A stretch of DNA of 64,000 bases from Octopus sinensis (lineage: Eukaryota): contig NC_042997.1 of the NCBI RefSeq assembly GCF_006345805.1, positions 86,428,001 through 86,492,000 of the forward strand, written 5' to 3'. The position numbers and the translations under genes are program-made. Below are positions 53,401 through 64,000 of this stretch, one piece after another (within the stretch, counting starts at the first letter, position 1; every line of letters begins with the position of its first letter). Below the pieces are notes generated by a model that ran no database searches, had not been told where the DNA came from, and worked only from the letters and a program-made list of their open reading frames with translations.

Positions 53401-56400
53401 TTCTCTTTTTTTTGTCAGGCACAGTATAATCTAGGACTGTATTATCTAGGATGCATTAACCCTTTGCCAATGCAAAGTATTTTTATAATTTTCTTTTAAA
53501 CGACCATGCTTGTTTTCAGACTTTTAGTTAGCCCTTGTTTCGTATGTTCTGAGTAACATAAACCTTTCCTTTCATAAGACCCAGGTTACTCTGGATGTTG
53601 AAAGAAACTGGGAATGTGTATCATATATGATGCATAGATGCCAGGGAAATATGTCCTGTATATCACATATGACATACAGGACAGACAAAGGGCTAATCAG
53701 TGTGTGATTTAAACAAAATTTCCTTGCTATTTCTAGCATCTCAGCTTACTGTAGAAGCTTCATCATATTATTCTCTGTAAAGATTTTACACAAATATTCT
53801 TCCTAGAGTAAAACTTTTTACAGCAGGATTATTGAAGAATTAAAATTTCAAAGCTGTCTTGTTAAATGGATTTTGTGTCATTTTTTTTTTTTTTTTGAGA
53901 CTGTAAATTGTGATTTGAGGTCATCTGCTGTTGTACCTCTTTTACTTGTTTCAGTTATTATAACATCTTGCCCGGCCCCCTTAAATTGAAACTACCTGTA
54001 AATAAATTGTAGTATTGCTTATACCATTACTAGCTCACTCTTTAACCTACAGGTCTCATAGCCCCAAGGATGGTAGATTATATGCTTTTGATATTTCAGG
54101 CTTTCTAGACTTCTTTTCTAGGCCATGTTTTCTTTCCTATTCCTTCTTCTCTTCGTTTATATTGTATGCTCTTGTTTTTTACTCTGATGAAGCTCGGTGC
54201 CTTAATCCGAATGTCCTATGAAGATGAAGAGTTTTATTTTCACAATTATTTGTAGACAGCACTTGGTAACAGCTGCAGAAATGGCTGTGAGATTTGTTAC
54301 GTCACCTATTTCTTACGTCATACTTTGTATATTATAAAATAAGCTGTAAATGTGGTCCAATTGATGTGTTTGTTAATCTAAGGTTTACTCCATTTTCTGA
54401 TTATTTGTATTATATATATATATAACCTTAGGTCTCACCAAGGAAATGACTAGAGACCGAGACCTATGGAAGTATGCTGTGCGTGAGAAGACCCGGCAAG
54501 ACTAGCCAGGCCATAACCCGTGGCCCCTACCTGGGACGTAGTCAGTCCACCTGTGCATACCTTCCTTCTTGTGACACTTGTGAAGACCTGTTGAGGCAAG
54601 TGAAAATCAAATCAAAAAATCAAACAAAATCAAAATAGATGAACATCAATGGAATTTGTATCTTTGTGGCACACGAGAAAACCATCCGAACGTGGCCGTA
54701 GCCAGTGCCGCACCGACTGGCCTCCATGCTGTGGGCACGTAACAATCACCATCCGATCGTGGCCGATCGCCAGCCTCATCTGGCTCCTGTGTCGGTGGCA
54801 CATAAAAAACACCATCCGAGCGTGGTCGTCTGCTAGCCTTGTCTGGCACCTGTGTCGGTGGCACATAAAAACACCATCCGAGCGTGGCCGTTCGCCAGCT
54901 TCATCTGGCACCTGTGTCGGTGGCACATAAAAACACCATCCGAGCGTGGCCATTCGCCAGCCTCGTCTGGCACCTGTGTCAGTGGCACATAAAAACACCA
55001 TCCGAGCGTGGCCGTTCGCCAGCCTCGTCTGGCACCTGTGTCGGTGGCACATAAAAACACCATCCGAGCATGGCCGTTCGCCAGCCTCGTCTGGCACCTG
55101 TGTCGGTGGCACATAAAATCACCCACTACACTCTCGGAGTGGTTGGCATTAGGAAGGGCATCCAGCTGTAGAAACACTGCCAGATCTGACTGGCCTGGTG
55201 CAGCCTTCGGGCTCCCCAGACCCCAGTTGAACCGTCCAACCCATGCTAGCATGGAAAGCGGACGTTAAATGATGATGATGATGATGATGATGATGATATA
55301 TATATATATATACACACACAAATACACAACTGGCTTCTTCCAGTTTCCATCTACCGAATCCACTCAGTCTGAGGCTATAGTAGAAGACACTTGCCCAAGG
55401 TGCCATGAAGTAGGGCTGAACCTGGAACCATGTGGTTGGGAAGCAAGCTTCTTACCACACAGCCATGCCTGTGCTATAAGTAGACTTTTCCTAATTTTAC
55501 TTTCCAGTGCAGTGGAGATGTTAAACAACTGTTGATTAGTCAGTATATGGGAATACTGGTTGCTAATAAAGAGGAAAGTACTGATATTAGAATAGAAACA
55601 AGGAAGATGATAGATTATTAGATTGATTGGTGCAGAATATTTTGATACCAGGCAAGTTAATTCAGAGTGTTTGCTCTGGCTCTTTACATTTTCAGTTCAA
55701 TTCCTGCTGAGGTCAACTTCCATCCCTTCAGAGTTGATAAAATAAAGTATCCCTTATGCTCTGAGTTCAGTATAATTGGCTGTTCCTATCCCTCAAAGTT
55801 TCAGGCCTTTTGCCTTTATCAGAAATAATTGTTGTTCTCAGACAACAACAATAATTATTGTTGCTGTTATTGTTGCAGTAGTCTTCTTCCTACTACTACA
55901 AAAAAAACAGTGATATACTTTATCATGTAGATTAGTTCATACATACTGGTTTCAAATTTTGGCACAAGGCCAGCAATTTCGAGGGAGGCGGCGAATTGAT
56001 TACATTAACCCCAGTTCTCAACTGGTCTACTTTTTTATTGACCTCAAAAGGTTGAAAGGCAAAGTCGGCCTCAGCAGAATTTGAACTCAGAACATTAAGG
56101 TGGCAGAAATGTCACTAAGCATTTTGTCTGGCGTGCTAATGATTCTGCCAGCTAGCTACCTTCTATTAGAATTACATATTCAACTGGAAACTTTTGAATT
56201 TATTTATTTGCAGGCATTTAACATACTTCAAGCAGAAATTGAGGGTTTACGCACTCTACTAATGCTGAAGGAAGTGAAGAGTAGTAAGTCCTATTTCAAT
56301 ATTAGTGATCACCATAGAGGAGGAAAGATACCAACGAACTGACACTGTGAGAGTTTTGTTTCCTCAATAAACTTATTTTATTTCATTAATTCCACTAGTT

Positions 56401-56505
56401 TCCTTTTATATGACATAATACACATATCATCTCATTTTGGTTTGTCTGTACAATCTTTTTCCAATCTAAAAATATAAATTCTTATTAATTTACCTCACTA
56501 ACAGA

Positions 56506-56537
<32 letters not shown>

Positions 56538-59500
56538 AATTTACAAAAAAAAAACAAAACAAAAGACGAAGACGGGTGTGTAAATAACAAACAGATGTAT
56601 TACTTTAACACTCCGGAAGTGAGAAAGTCTTTTACATTTCGAGCCTATGCTCTTCAACAGAAAGGAACACAGAAATAAGCAGAGCGAGAGAATAAAAAAA
56701 ATTTAGTGGCTAGCGATCAATCGTGGCAATAATAAATATATATATAACAAAGTTATTTTATTCCACATAGAAGTTGAAAATGCACTGAGAATAGTTAAAA
56801 TATTTTTTGTTATATTTAAAGATTTAACTTGTTTCACACTTCACACTAATTTTCAAAAAGTTGAAATTGAAAGACGTGGCTATGTCTTGCTTCTAACTAG
56901 TGTTTGAAGCTTGTCCTATTTTTATAGGGAGTTCATAGGACTTAATTGGCTGAGGATAATCACATGATTGGTTTTAGAAATTTTTGTAGGTTCCCTGCTT
57001 CATTTTAGGTGCAAAATATACTGTCACTTGACACTAATGCATGGACGTAGCAGTTCTAAACTTAATCACATGTTTATTTTCTACAAACAGTTGACAGAAA
57101 ACATTCAGAGCATTGATTGTTTGATACTGTCATGAGACATGTTCAGTCAACTGTGTCAGCCTTAGCTTATGATGCCAAACATTGCCACTTGATACTAACA
57201 CACAGATGTAGCAAGAAACCTACAAAAATTTCTAAGACCAATCATGTGACTATCCTCCACTAATCAAGTCCTATCCAAAACATATATACTAATTTGAGCC
57301 ATGAACTTCCTATAAAAATAAGACAAACTTCAAACACTAGTCAACAGCAAGACAGTTGTGACATAAGCTATATCTTTAAATTTCAATCAGATGTTTAGAG
57401 GTTAAATAAATTCATAATGTCTTCTAGGTATTTAGGCCTCCATTGGTCAGCTCAGGTTAAATAGTTGTTTATTCTATCAAAAATATTAGTTATACTCTTT
57501 CGTGTTTATCTTTAAACTCATATGTTGCAAACAAGATGGATGTGTCCTATGCCCATGAAACTTTAAGTAATGTGGAGCTAAGTCAAACTGTTATTAAATA
57601 CATCTAACTCCAACCAAATGTGTTAAGAGTACCTTTCTTTCATTCGTTCACTGACTTGTGCATGTGTGTGTGTATATGCATGTGTGTTTTTTTATGTATA
57701 ATTATACATAAAAACATTTTAACATTAATTAAATTAACACATACATTTAAATAAAGTATCACATTTATTTTTCCAAAGAAAAGGTTAAGAGCAACTTCAC
57801 AGTATGTAAACATTTTGGTATTTTCAAGCTCCTGTTACTCTACTTCTTTCTCATCACAAACACTATATTTCATCTTGCCCTATCAAATAATGAATAGTGA
57901 TGTTTTTAAACACCACAAAAATACATTATTAAACCACACTTACATTGCAACCACTAAACCTTACCAACAAGATGAACCAAAAATATGATCCAAGGCATTT
58001 CAGCAGTGATAACTGCTCCACCTTTACTTATTTCAGGCATAAAGTATCTACAATTATACCATCCAGTGTGCCCTTCTTGTTTGTTTTTAACATGGTCAGG
58101 TGTGATTTTGAGAAACTTAGCTGCTATTTCTAGCAGGCCCAATGATTACATAGGGGCTGTCTCTATCCTGTGATACACCAGCATCCTATTCTGAGGAAGA
58201 TTTATTATTTATATGTTTATTATGAAATTGAGACTAAGCACTGTCCTTTTCAAAGTTCATTGATTTTAGGAAGATATATTTTATATTGTAGTCAAGTTCC
58301 ACTTGTCAAACTTTTACCTACATAGAGCTTTACTATGTATACAAATACAGTGTTTGGGTATTTGTAAATAAGCCCCAAATGCATTACACAATATATCATG
58401 TAGTAGGTTTAACACACCTTCTTATTTAATAATCAATTCTCAGATGCTTTTTAAGGAGCTCATCCTGACTAGACTTGCAGTTCTTACCTCACTTGTTGTT
58501 ATTGTTGTTCAACCCTAAGTTTAGTTCTGATCAGGTAGTCCTATGATCAAAAACATTTCAGGTGTGACCATCCCATATTTTTGTATATCAAGGACTACAT
58601 TGTCCAATGTGTCCTTATTTTTATTTATGTATTTCTTTAGGACAGTAGGGAGGGTGTGATTTGAGAGAGATTTAGCTGCTGTTTCTAGCAGTTCGAATTA
58701 TCATGGAAAGACTCTTTTTTGGATCATACACACACACACATTTTTCATGCAGATTTTCAGGTTGGCTATCACTAACAGAATCTCACTACCTGGGAGGATC
58801 TACAAAGATCATTGTGTCTGCCCCTCTTCTCCTGCCTAATTTGTAACAATTTAAAAAAAAAGACTGAGTCACCAGTGAGTTCTTCATCTGCATGTAGTGT
58901 TTCAAGGTTGGAGAAGAGGACTGTTTTACAATGTTTGTGCTGCTTAAATTAGAAAAGTGATGCTCTTTATGCTATATATTTATGGACCTATAAAAGCTGA
59001 ATCATTGAGAGCTAAGTATTAGTTAAGTGTCTGATATTTAAATAAGGGTTAAGCTAATTCTCAGAACTATAAAAGCTGAGTCATGGTGAGTTCAGTCAGT
59101 TGGCTGACGATGCATAACTTTTAGTTGTTTCCCTATGGTATCTATTTACTGCTAAATGAACTGGACCATTAGGGAGACTTCAAGGTCTTTACATTGACAC
59201 AGTGTTGTGCTGTGGTGGGAAAGACTAACAGCTTCATGAATTTGAATTTAACAGATATCCCTTCTTGCCTATAAACCATTAAAAAAATTCACGCAAAACT
59301 GCTTTATTAAAAATTGTTATACTTGGGGAGGGTTTTTTCTTTTTTTTTTTTTGTTGGTCAATTAAACATATGTGCTATTTATTTGATCTTCAGTTTTCAT
59401 TTGTAGGATAAAATGGAATAAACAGGACAAAAAGTTACTGCTGAGGTCACATAATGTATGATGAAAGAACTTTGAGAGACACATAAACTAAAAACTAAAG

Positions 59501-61705
59501 TTAAGATCAAATAAATATGATAGGATAGGAGTATTCCGTTGGTTACAAGAACGAGGGTCCCAGCTGATACGATCAATGGAACAGCTTGCTCGTGAAATAA
59601 ATGTGCAAGTGGCTGAGCACTCCGCAGACACATGTACCCTTAATATAGTTCTCAAGGAGATTCCGCGTGACAAGTTGGCCCTTTGAAATACAGGTACTAC
59701 TCATTTTTGCCAGTTGAGTGGACTGGAGCAAGCAATGTGAAATAAAGTGTCTTGCTCCAGGGCACAACACATTGCTGGGAATTGAACTCATGACCTTATG
59801 ATCATGAGCAGAATTTGCTAATCACTAAGCCATGCGCCTTCACTGATCAAATAAATAGTACATGTTTAATTGGCAAAAAAAAAAGATCATCCTCAAGTAT
59901 AACAATAACTGTTTCAACACACAATTTCACATCAAGATTCTTGCAAAACAAATGCATATTTTTTTTAATGTTCTGCATATATAAGGTACTAAATTTTTTT
60001 TTTTTTCTGAAATTCAGATGACAACGTGGCAAACACTTATCATTCTCCAAAAGCAAATGAGGTAAGTAAACTTTTTGTAATTAAACAAATGCTCTATCAC
60101 ATCATTAGAGTATTGATCATAAATTTGCTGATCTTTTTTCTGACTATAAAGCTTTAAGTTGAACCTCTGCTTAAGAATTGTTCCATCTTTGATACTAAAC
60201 TAACAGCGAGAAACAATCAAAATTACCAAATCATATATTAAGGTTAACGTGATTCTTTCTACTTTAGGCACAAGGCCTGAAGTTTGTGAATTGGTGGCTA
60301 GTCAATAATATTAACCTTGAAAGAGGTTAGCAACCATATAGATAAACCAGTATGCTGAGGCTTCATCCAGGAGTAGATCAAAAATGACCAGAAGAAATGG
60401 ATAAGTACAAAAACATAAAATCAACAGTGGTAGGTTTTGAAATTGGGACTGAGAAAAACAAAGCAAAATATATTTAAACTTTCCTTTTCATTGAATATTT
60501 ATTAACCCAAGCAAGTAATCACAAAAAATTTTATGGCAAGGGAATAAGACTGTGATGTTGATGCTTTTCTCAAAGGCATTAAGAAGCTTAAATAAAAGGA
60601 ACTAGTTTTATCAGGAAATTGAGATTGTCTTGTAGATGTAGCTTATTCACTCAAAGGCAGTTATTTTTCCTATTAAACATTAAATGAATTTTAGAATTTA
60701 CTTTTAATTTAGAGAATGTTGGTAATGAAATTTGTAAAAGAACCATAAATTAAGCCTTTAGCATTTAAACTGGCCATCTCTGGCACAAATATTCTGTTTT
60801 ATGTTCAAACTGGCCAGACCTGGCCTCTTACACCTACCCTGCAACATCATACAAAAATAATCGCATTATTGAAATCTCAGAGCTATGAGATAATGCATGA
60901 TTAATTGAAAACAATGTGAATAAGTGAGCATTACATTTGATTGAGTAACCTAAACACTAAAGGGTTAAATATCTTTCAATAATTGCCTATCATTCTGGAC
61001 AACGAGCTGGCAGAATCGTTAGCACACTCGGCAAAATGCTTAGTGGCATTTCATCTGTCTTTACATTCTGAGTTCAAATGCCACCTGGGTTGACTTAGTC
61101 CCTCCCCTGAAACTGCTGACCTTGTGCCAACATTTGAAACCAATAATTATTTATCATTTTATATTCTGAGTTCATATTTCATCTTACAGGACTGAGGAGA
61201 AGCAATAAAATAAGTATCAGTTATATACTACAGTCAATCCAATCAACTATATCCACCCCACTTTAACCTATATCCAGCCTAAAATATTGTACCTGTTTTA
61301 CATGCAAACTGACTTAATCCAACCTCTTACACTTACCTTACAATGTCATTTTTAAAATAATATGATTAATTCAAAACAATGTGAATCAATAAACATTACA
61401 TTTGACAGTAAACTGAATGCTAAAGCTAGTGGTCTCTTGTTAATATAAGAAATTATTAACCTTTTCATAACTATATTATAATAAAATGTATTGCTTGTGG
61501 GATTTTACGAAAGTAGGATTTTTAACTACTTCACTATTAAGCTGGTGTTTGGAACAATGCTTGTTGGCTTCACAATGGTCAACTATTGTAATTGTTTCTT
61601 CAAATCTAATAATACTCTATTCTCTTGTTTTAATTACAGCTCAGTGCCTGGACACGTTACAAGTTTCCATTCTTTAAACAGAAGAGACCGAAACAATACT
61701 TTTGA
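37671..61705 (+). CDS. GNPTG: N-acetylglucosamine-1-phosphotransferase subunit gamma (MRH-domain protein); 8-10 exons, 295 or 312 aa depending on the terminal exon
   Basis: Phase-consistent GT-AG exons. Signal peptide [54 protein letters not shown]...[50 protein letters not shown] all match recalled GNPTG. The last two exons are less certain. Confidence 0.92.
40380..41060 (+). mobile_element. 5' part (ORF1-like) of a non-LTR retrotransposon, probably L1/Tx1-like
   Basis: GC-richer island with serial same-frame ORFs 40422-40613 and 40614-40943 (..[25 protein letters not shown]); no splice-compatible link to GNPTG. Confidence 0.45.
41266..41314 (+). CDS. GNPTG: GNPTG exon 2 ([17 protein letters not shown])
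   Basis: Strong polypyrimidine tract and cgcag/gtgagt; resembles human KMKVVEEPNAFG. Confidence 0.88.
41989..42102 (+). CDS. GNPTG: GNPTG exon 3 (..[23 protein letters not shown])
   Basis: tacag/gtaagt; conserved SGP.H...GKCF. Confidence 0.92.
43221..43304 (+). CDS. GNPTG: GNPTG exon 4 ([28 protein letters not shown])
   Basis: ttcag/gtaagt; MRH domain motif. Confidence 0.96.
45610..46060 (-). mobile_element. RTE-type 3' end with a different upstream 3' UTR containing a roughly 60-bp direct repeat
   Basis: (CAT)n..ttttccat.ctggcatg.gttggacagttt terminus; repeat at 45894-45952 and 45996-46055. Confidence 0.55.
47211..47304 (+). CDS. GNPTG: GNPTG exon 5 ([31 protein letters not shown])
   Basis: ttcag/gtaagt; conserved W..WEIANNTF and GD.C. 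Confidence 0.96.
48541..49810 (+). mobile_element. Tc1/mariner DD37D (maT-type) transposon, degenerate
   Basis: WFFPDEKNF; QQD plus 37 residues to the D of NPFDYY after one frameshift correction; right TIR gatgacaatttattcaccataccctata; left TIR partly deleted. Confidence 0.85.
50791..50988 (+). CDS. GNPTG: GNPTG exon 6 ([28 protein letters not shown])
   Basis: ccag/gtgagt; within track ORF 50653-51168. Confidence 0.96.
52764..52916 (+). CDS. GNPTG: GNPTG exon 7 ([25 protein letters not shown])
   Basis: ttccag/gtaagt; similar to human GHEKLLRTLFEDAGYL and FETLENC. Confidence 0.9.
52947..53276. mobile_element. hAT-type MITE (330 bp) with an 8-bp TSD
   Basis: TIRs CAGGACTGGCCAAC and GTTGGCCAGCCCTG; GTTTAACC at 52939-52946 and 53277-53284. 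Confidence 0.85.
53456..53696. mobile_element. TTAA-flanked MITE, family A
   Basis: ttaaccctttgcc..ggacagacaaagggctaa; homologous to 26448-26671. Confidence 0.55.
54424..55297 (+). mobile_element. 5'-truncated RTE LINE with a 62-bp VNTR in the 3' UTR
   Basis: [25 protein letters not shown], tandem array, (GAT)n tail. Confidence 0.85.
54683..55122 (+). repeat. 62-bp minisatellite, about 7 units
   Basis: tctggcacc recurs at 54842, 54904, 54966, 55028 and 55090. Confidence 0.95.
56214..56342 (+). CDS. GNPTG: GNPTG exon 8 ([23 protein letters not shown]..); internal donor at 56284, or read-through to TGA at 56340-56342
   Basis: ttgcag acceptor; coiled-coil similar to human AHKELSKEIKRLKGLL; AATAAA at 56366. 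Confidence 0.85.
   Translation, partial: AFNILQAEIEGLRTLLMLKEVKSSKSYFNISDHHRGGKIPTN
56532..56730 (-). mobile_element. PLE-terminus-like short element, sister of 19686-19860
   Basis: Homologous copy next to (TA)n; hammerhead-like motif at 56629-56664. Confidence 0.6.
60018..60061 (+). CDS. GNPTG: putative GNPTG exon 9 ([15 protein letters not shown])
   Basis: Long T-tract plus ttcag acceptor, GAG/gtaagt donor, open in phase 1; no homology support. Confidence 0.55.
61640..61705 (+). CDS. GNPTG: putative GNPTG terminal exon 10 ([21 protein letters not shown])
   Basis: Polypyrimidine tract plus tacag acceptor; stop at 61703-61705 in phase 0; AATAAA at 61958; no homology support. Confidence 0.4.
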   Translation, partial: LSAWTRYKFPFFKQKRPKQYF

Positions 61706-62181
61706 TTGTTAAATTATTTTCTTTCATTCCGAAGTACATGATACCTACTAAATAACATTACTCATTTCTGTTGACTAACCGAGAAAAAAAAATGACTTTA
61801 TATTTTCATCAGAATAATTTGAAAGACATTTCTACGTCACCAACCCCAATCTTTGGGATTCACAAATGAACAGCACCATATTTATTGAATAATTATGACA
61901 TCATCATCATCATCGTTTATGTATATTGAATGTATAAACTTGTAAAAAACTTAAAGAAATAAACTAACAATATCTATTTAAAGTTAGAGAATCTTTGGCT
62001 TTAAATGTATTTATACATATGTAAACACTAGTCGCTACTCACTGAAAATATGCAAGTGACAAATATTGTTTTATAGTTAATCATTGTGGTAATCTATATT
62101 GAAAGGGATTAATTAAATAAAATTATGTTCTCTTTATCATTAAACAAATAATAAATTATAAATACTCATACATATCAAATA

Positions 62182-63077
62182 TATTGGGTCATCCTATAAA
62201 TAATGTGGATTTTTCATTTGCATGAACTAAAAGTTGGAGTGGGGTGGGATAAACTACATGCATCAACTTGCTATAAAAGCAGGTAGCAATTTTATCTTAT
62301 CTTTATTCTTAGTGCAAATTTTGAAGAGTGCAGTTCGATTTTAGCAGTTATTTTTTCAAAGCTATAATAGAAGTGACAAAGAGCATATTCAGCATATTTT
62401 GCTATATGAGTTCAATAAAGGCAACAAAGGAAAGTACAAGGAATATTAATGCAGTATATATCAGACAATAAGCATAAGCCAGTGTCCACTGTGGTTCCAG
62501 AAATTCCAAGCCAGAAATTACAGCCTAGAAGATGAGCTTCATCCTGGAAGATCTGTAGAGCTTGACAAGGACGTCCTACAAACCCTGGTGGAACAAAATC
62601 CCATCATAACTGTTGAACTAGCTGAGAAGCTTGGATTTGGTCATTCAACCATTCATCAACACCTGCACTAGAAGAAAAACGACAATCCTTTGTTTCAAGA
62701 TGAAAGGTGTTCTTCCATCAGGATAATGCTTGGCCACATACAACAAGGATGACATTCCAATGGGAAACAATGCTCCACCCACCATATTCGCTGGACATTG
62801 CCTCATCTGATTATCATTTATTCCGCAATCTTCAAGCTCATTTGGACAGAAAATATATGAATTCTATAGACAAGGTAAGAACAGTACTGGAGGAATATTT
62901 TTCGTCATAGACAAGTGAATTTTGGAAGAGGAGCCTTGCAAGTCTACCAGATAGATGGAAGAGCATTGTAGAAAATGAAGGAGAATATATCTCAGATTAA
63001 AAAAAAACACTTTATCTTAATTTTGAAGAATAAAAGAAATATGAAAAAAAATGCATTATTTATGGAATGACCCAATA
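62182..63077 (+). mobile_element. non-autonomous mariner (896 bp) with both TIRs and TA TSDs
   Basis: TATTGGGTCAT.C.ATAAATAATG TIRs; HTH remnant; HQDNAWPH..HPPYSLDIASSDYHLF. Confidence 0.9.
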
Positions 63078-63275
63078 TATACAAACTGTATACAGTTTAT
63101 GTAAGTGCAGTTAAATTTACACACATTTCTACTCTGTATTATGCTAACTAAATATCCTGTTAGTGTTGCCATGAAATTTAAGCATGGAGGTACCATACCA
63201 ACTAATTGTTTTTGTGCATGTCAGAGAAAAGGGCAAACAGAGAGACACAGCGGCACACCATTAAATATTCATGTG

Positions 63276-63319
<44 letters not shown>

Positions 63320-63379
63320 CATATGTATATGTATGTAAAATATGTATATGTAAAAAGTAAAAGAGTCAAAAGGAAGAGT

Positions 63380-63908
63380 ATGATCATGTACAACGGATGA
63401 ATGAGGAGAGCTGTGTGAAGAAGTGCTACTCCCAAACATTTGACAGAATCCAGGGTAGAGGTAGACCCAGAAAGACATGCGATGAGGTGGTGAAGCATGA
63501 CCTTCGAATGTTGGGCCTCACAGAGGCAATGACGAAAGACCGAGACATTGGATTGTAGGGTGACATGCTGTGCTTGAGGAGACCTATTGAGTCAAGTGCA
63601 TCAAAATCAAATGGAAATTGTAGTTGTGATCTCCATGCCAGTGGCACATAAAAGTACTGATGCCAGCTTCTGTGCTGGTGGCATGTAAAAAGCACCAACT
63701 GATTGTGGGCATTGCCAGACTCTTCTGCTGGTGACACATAAAAAGCACCCACTACACTCTCGGAGTGGTTGGCATTAGGAAGGGCATCCAGCTGTAGAAA
63801 CACTGCCAGATCAGACTGGAGCCTGGTGCAGCCTCTTGGTTTCCCAGACCCCAGTCAAACTGTCCACCCCATGCCAGCATGGAAAACGGACGTTAAACAA
63901 TGATGATA
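63380..63908 (+). mobile_element. RTE LINE 3' end with a reduced VNTR
   Basis: VQRMNEESCVKKC..GRGRPRKT.DEVVKHDLRMLGLTEAMTKDRD; same terminus as the 55-kb copy. Confidence 0.8.
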
Positions 63909-64000
63909 AATATATACACAGGGTTGGCCAAAAGTCACCTGACAGTAAATCAAAATTCCATAAATACTATCTGTAATTCTATATTACTTGAATGAAAAAA

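Noticed and set aside
54181-54300. CTGATGAAG resembling another hammerhead core
   Set aside because: I could not find a matching stem II and GAAA-C-GUH at the proper spacing; it may be a decayed PLE end, but this is unsupported.
54630-55252. Overlapping repetitive ORFs and a CRISPR-like regular spacing
   Set aside because: The units are contiguous tandem repeats with no unique spacers, no cas genes and a eukaryotic context. The ORFs are by-products of a GC-rich VNTR (same for 19048-19544).
57090-57210. Extra candidate GNPTG exon after a tttctacaaacag acceptor
   Set aside because: All three frames hit stops quickly and there is no convincing donor.

Overview
AT-rich, microsatellite-rich eukaryotic genomic DNA. 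The SINE/RTE repeat families look like those of an octopus (coleoid cephalopod); this is an inference. Two divergently transcribed, multi-exon housekeeping genes were assembled by hand from GT-AG exons with continuous reading frames. (1) RAB3GAP1, the Rab3 GTPase-activating protein catalytic subunit, on the minus strand: ATG at 30840, 20 coding exons and 805 codons down to position 304, continuing beyond the left edge of the window. (2) GNPTG, the GlcNAc-1-phosphotransferase gamma subunit, on the plus strand: ATG at 37671, signal peptide, MRH domain, and two possible C-termini (stop at 56342 or at 61705). The 6.8-kb spacer between the start codons is packed with transposon relics: CRE non-LTR, two mariners, a Merlin-like MITE, a Gypsy integrase and a pogo element. 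The introns carry tRNA-SINEs, RTE 3' ends with a roughly 62-bp VNTR, TTAA and hAT MITEs, a DD37D (maT) transposon, and an inverted Penelope GIY-YIG duplication. They also carry short elements with Penelope-type minimal hammerhead-ribozyme motifs, one family of which has a non-canonical core. No prokaryotic, CRISPR or rRNA features are present. Most ORFs in the supplied track are microsatellite or TE noise.
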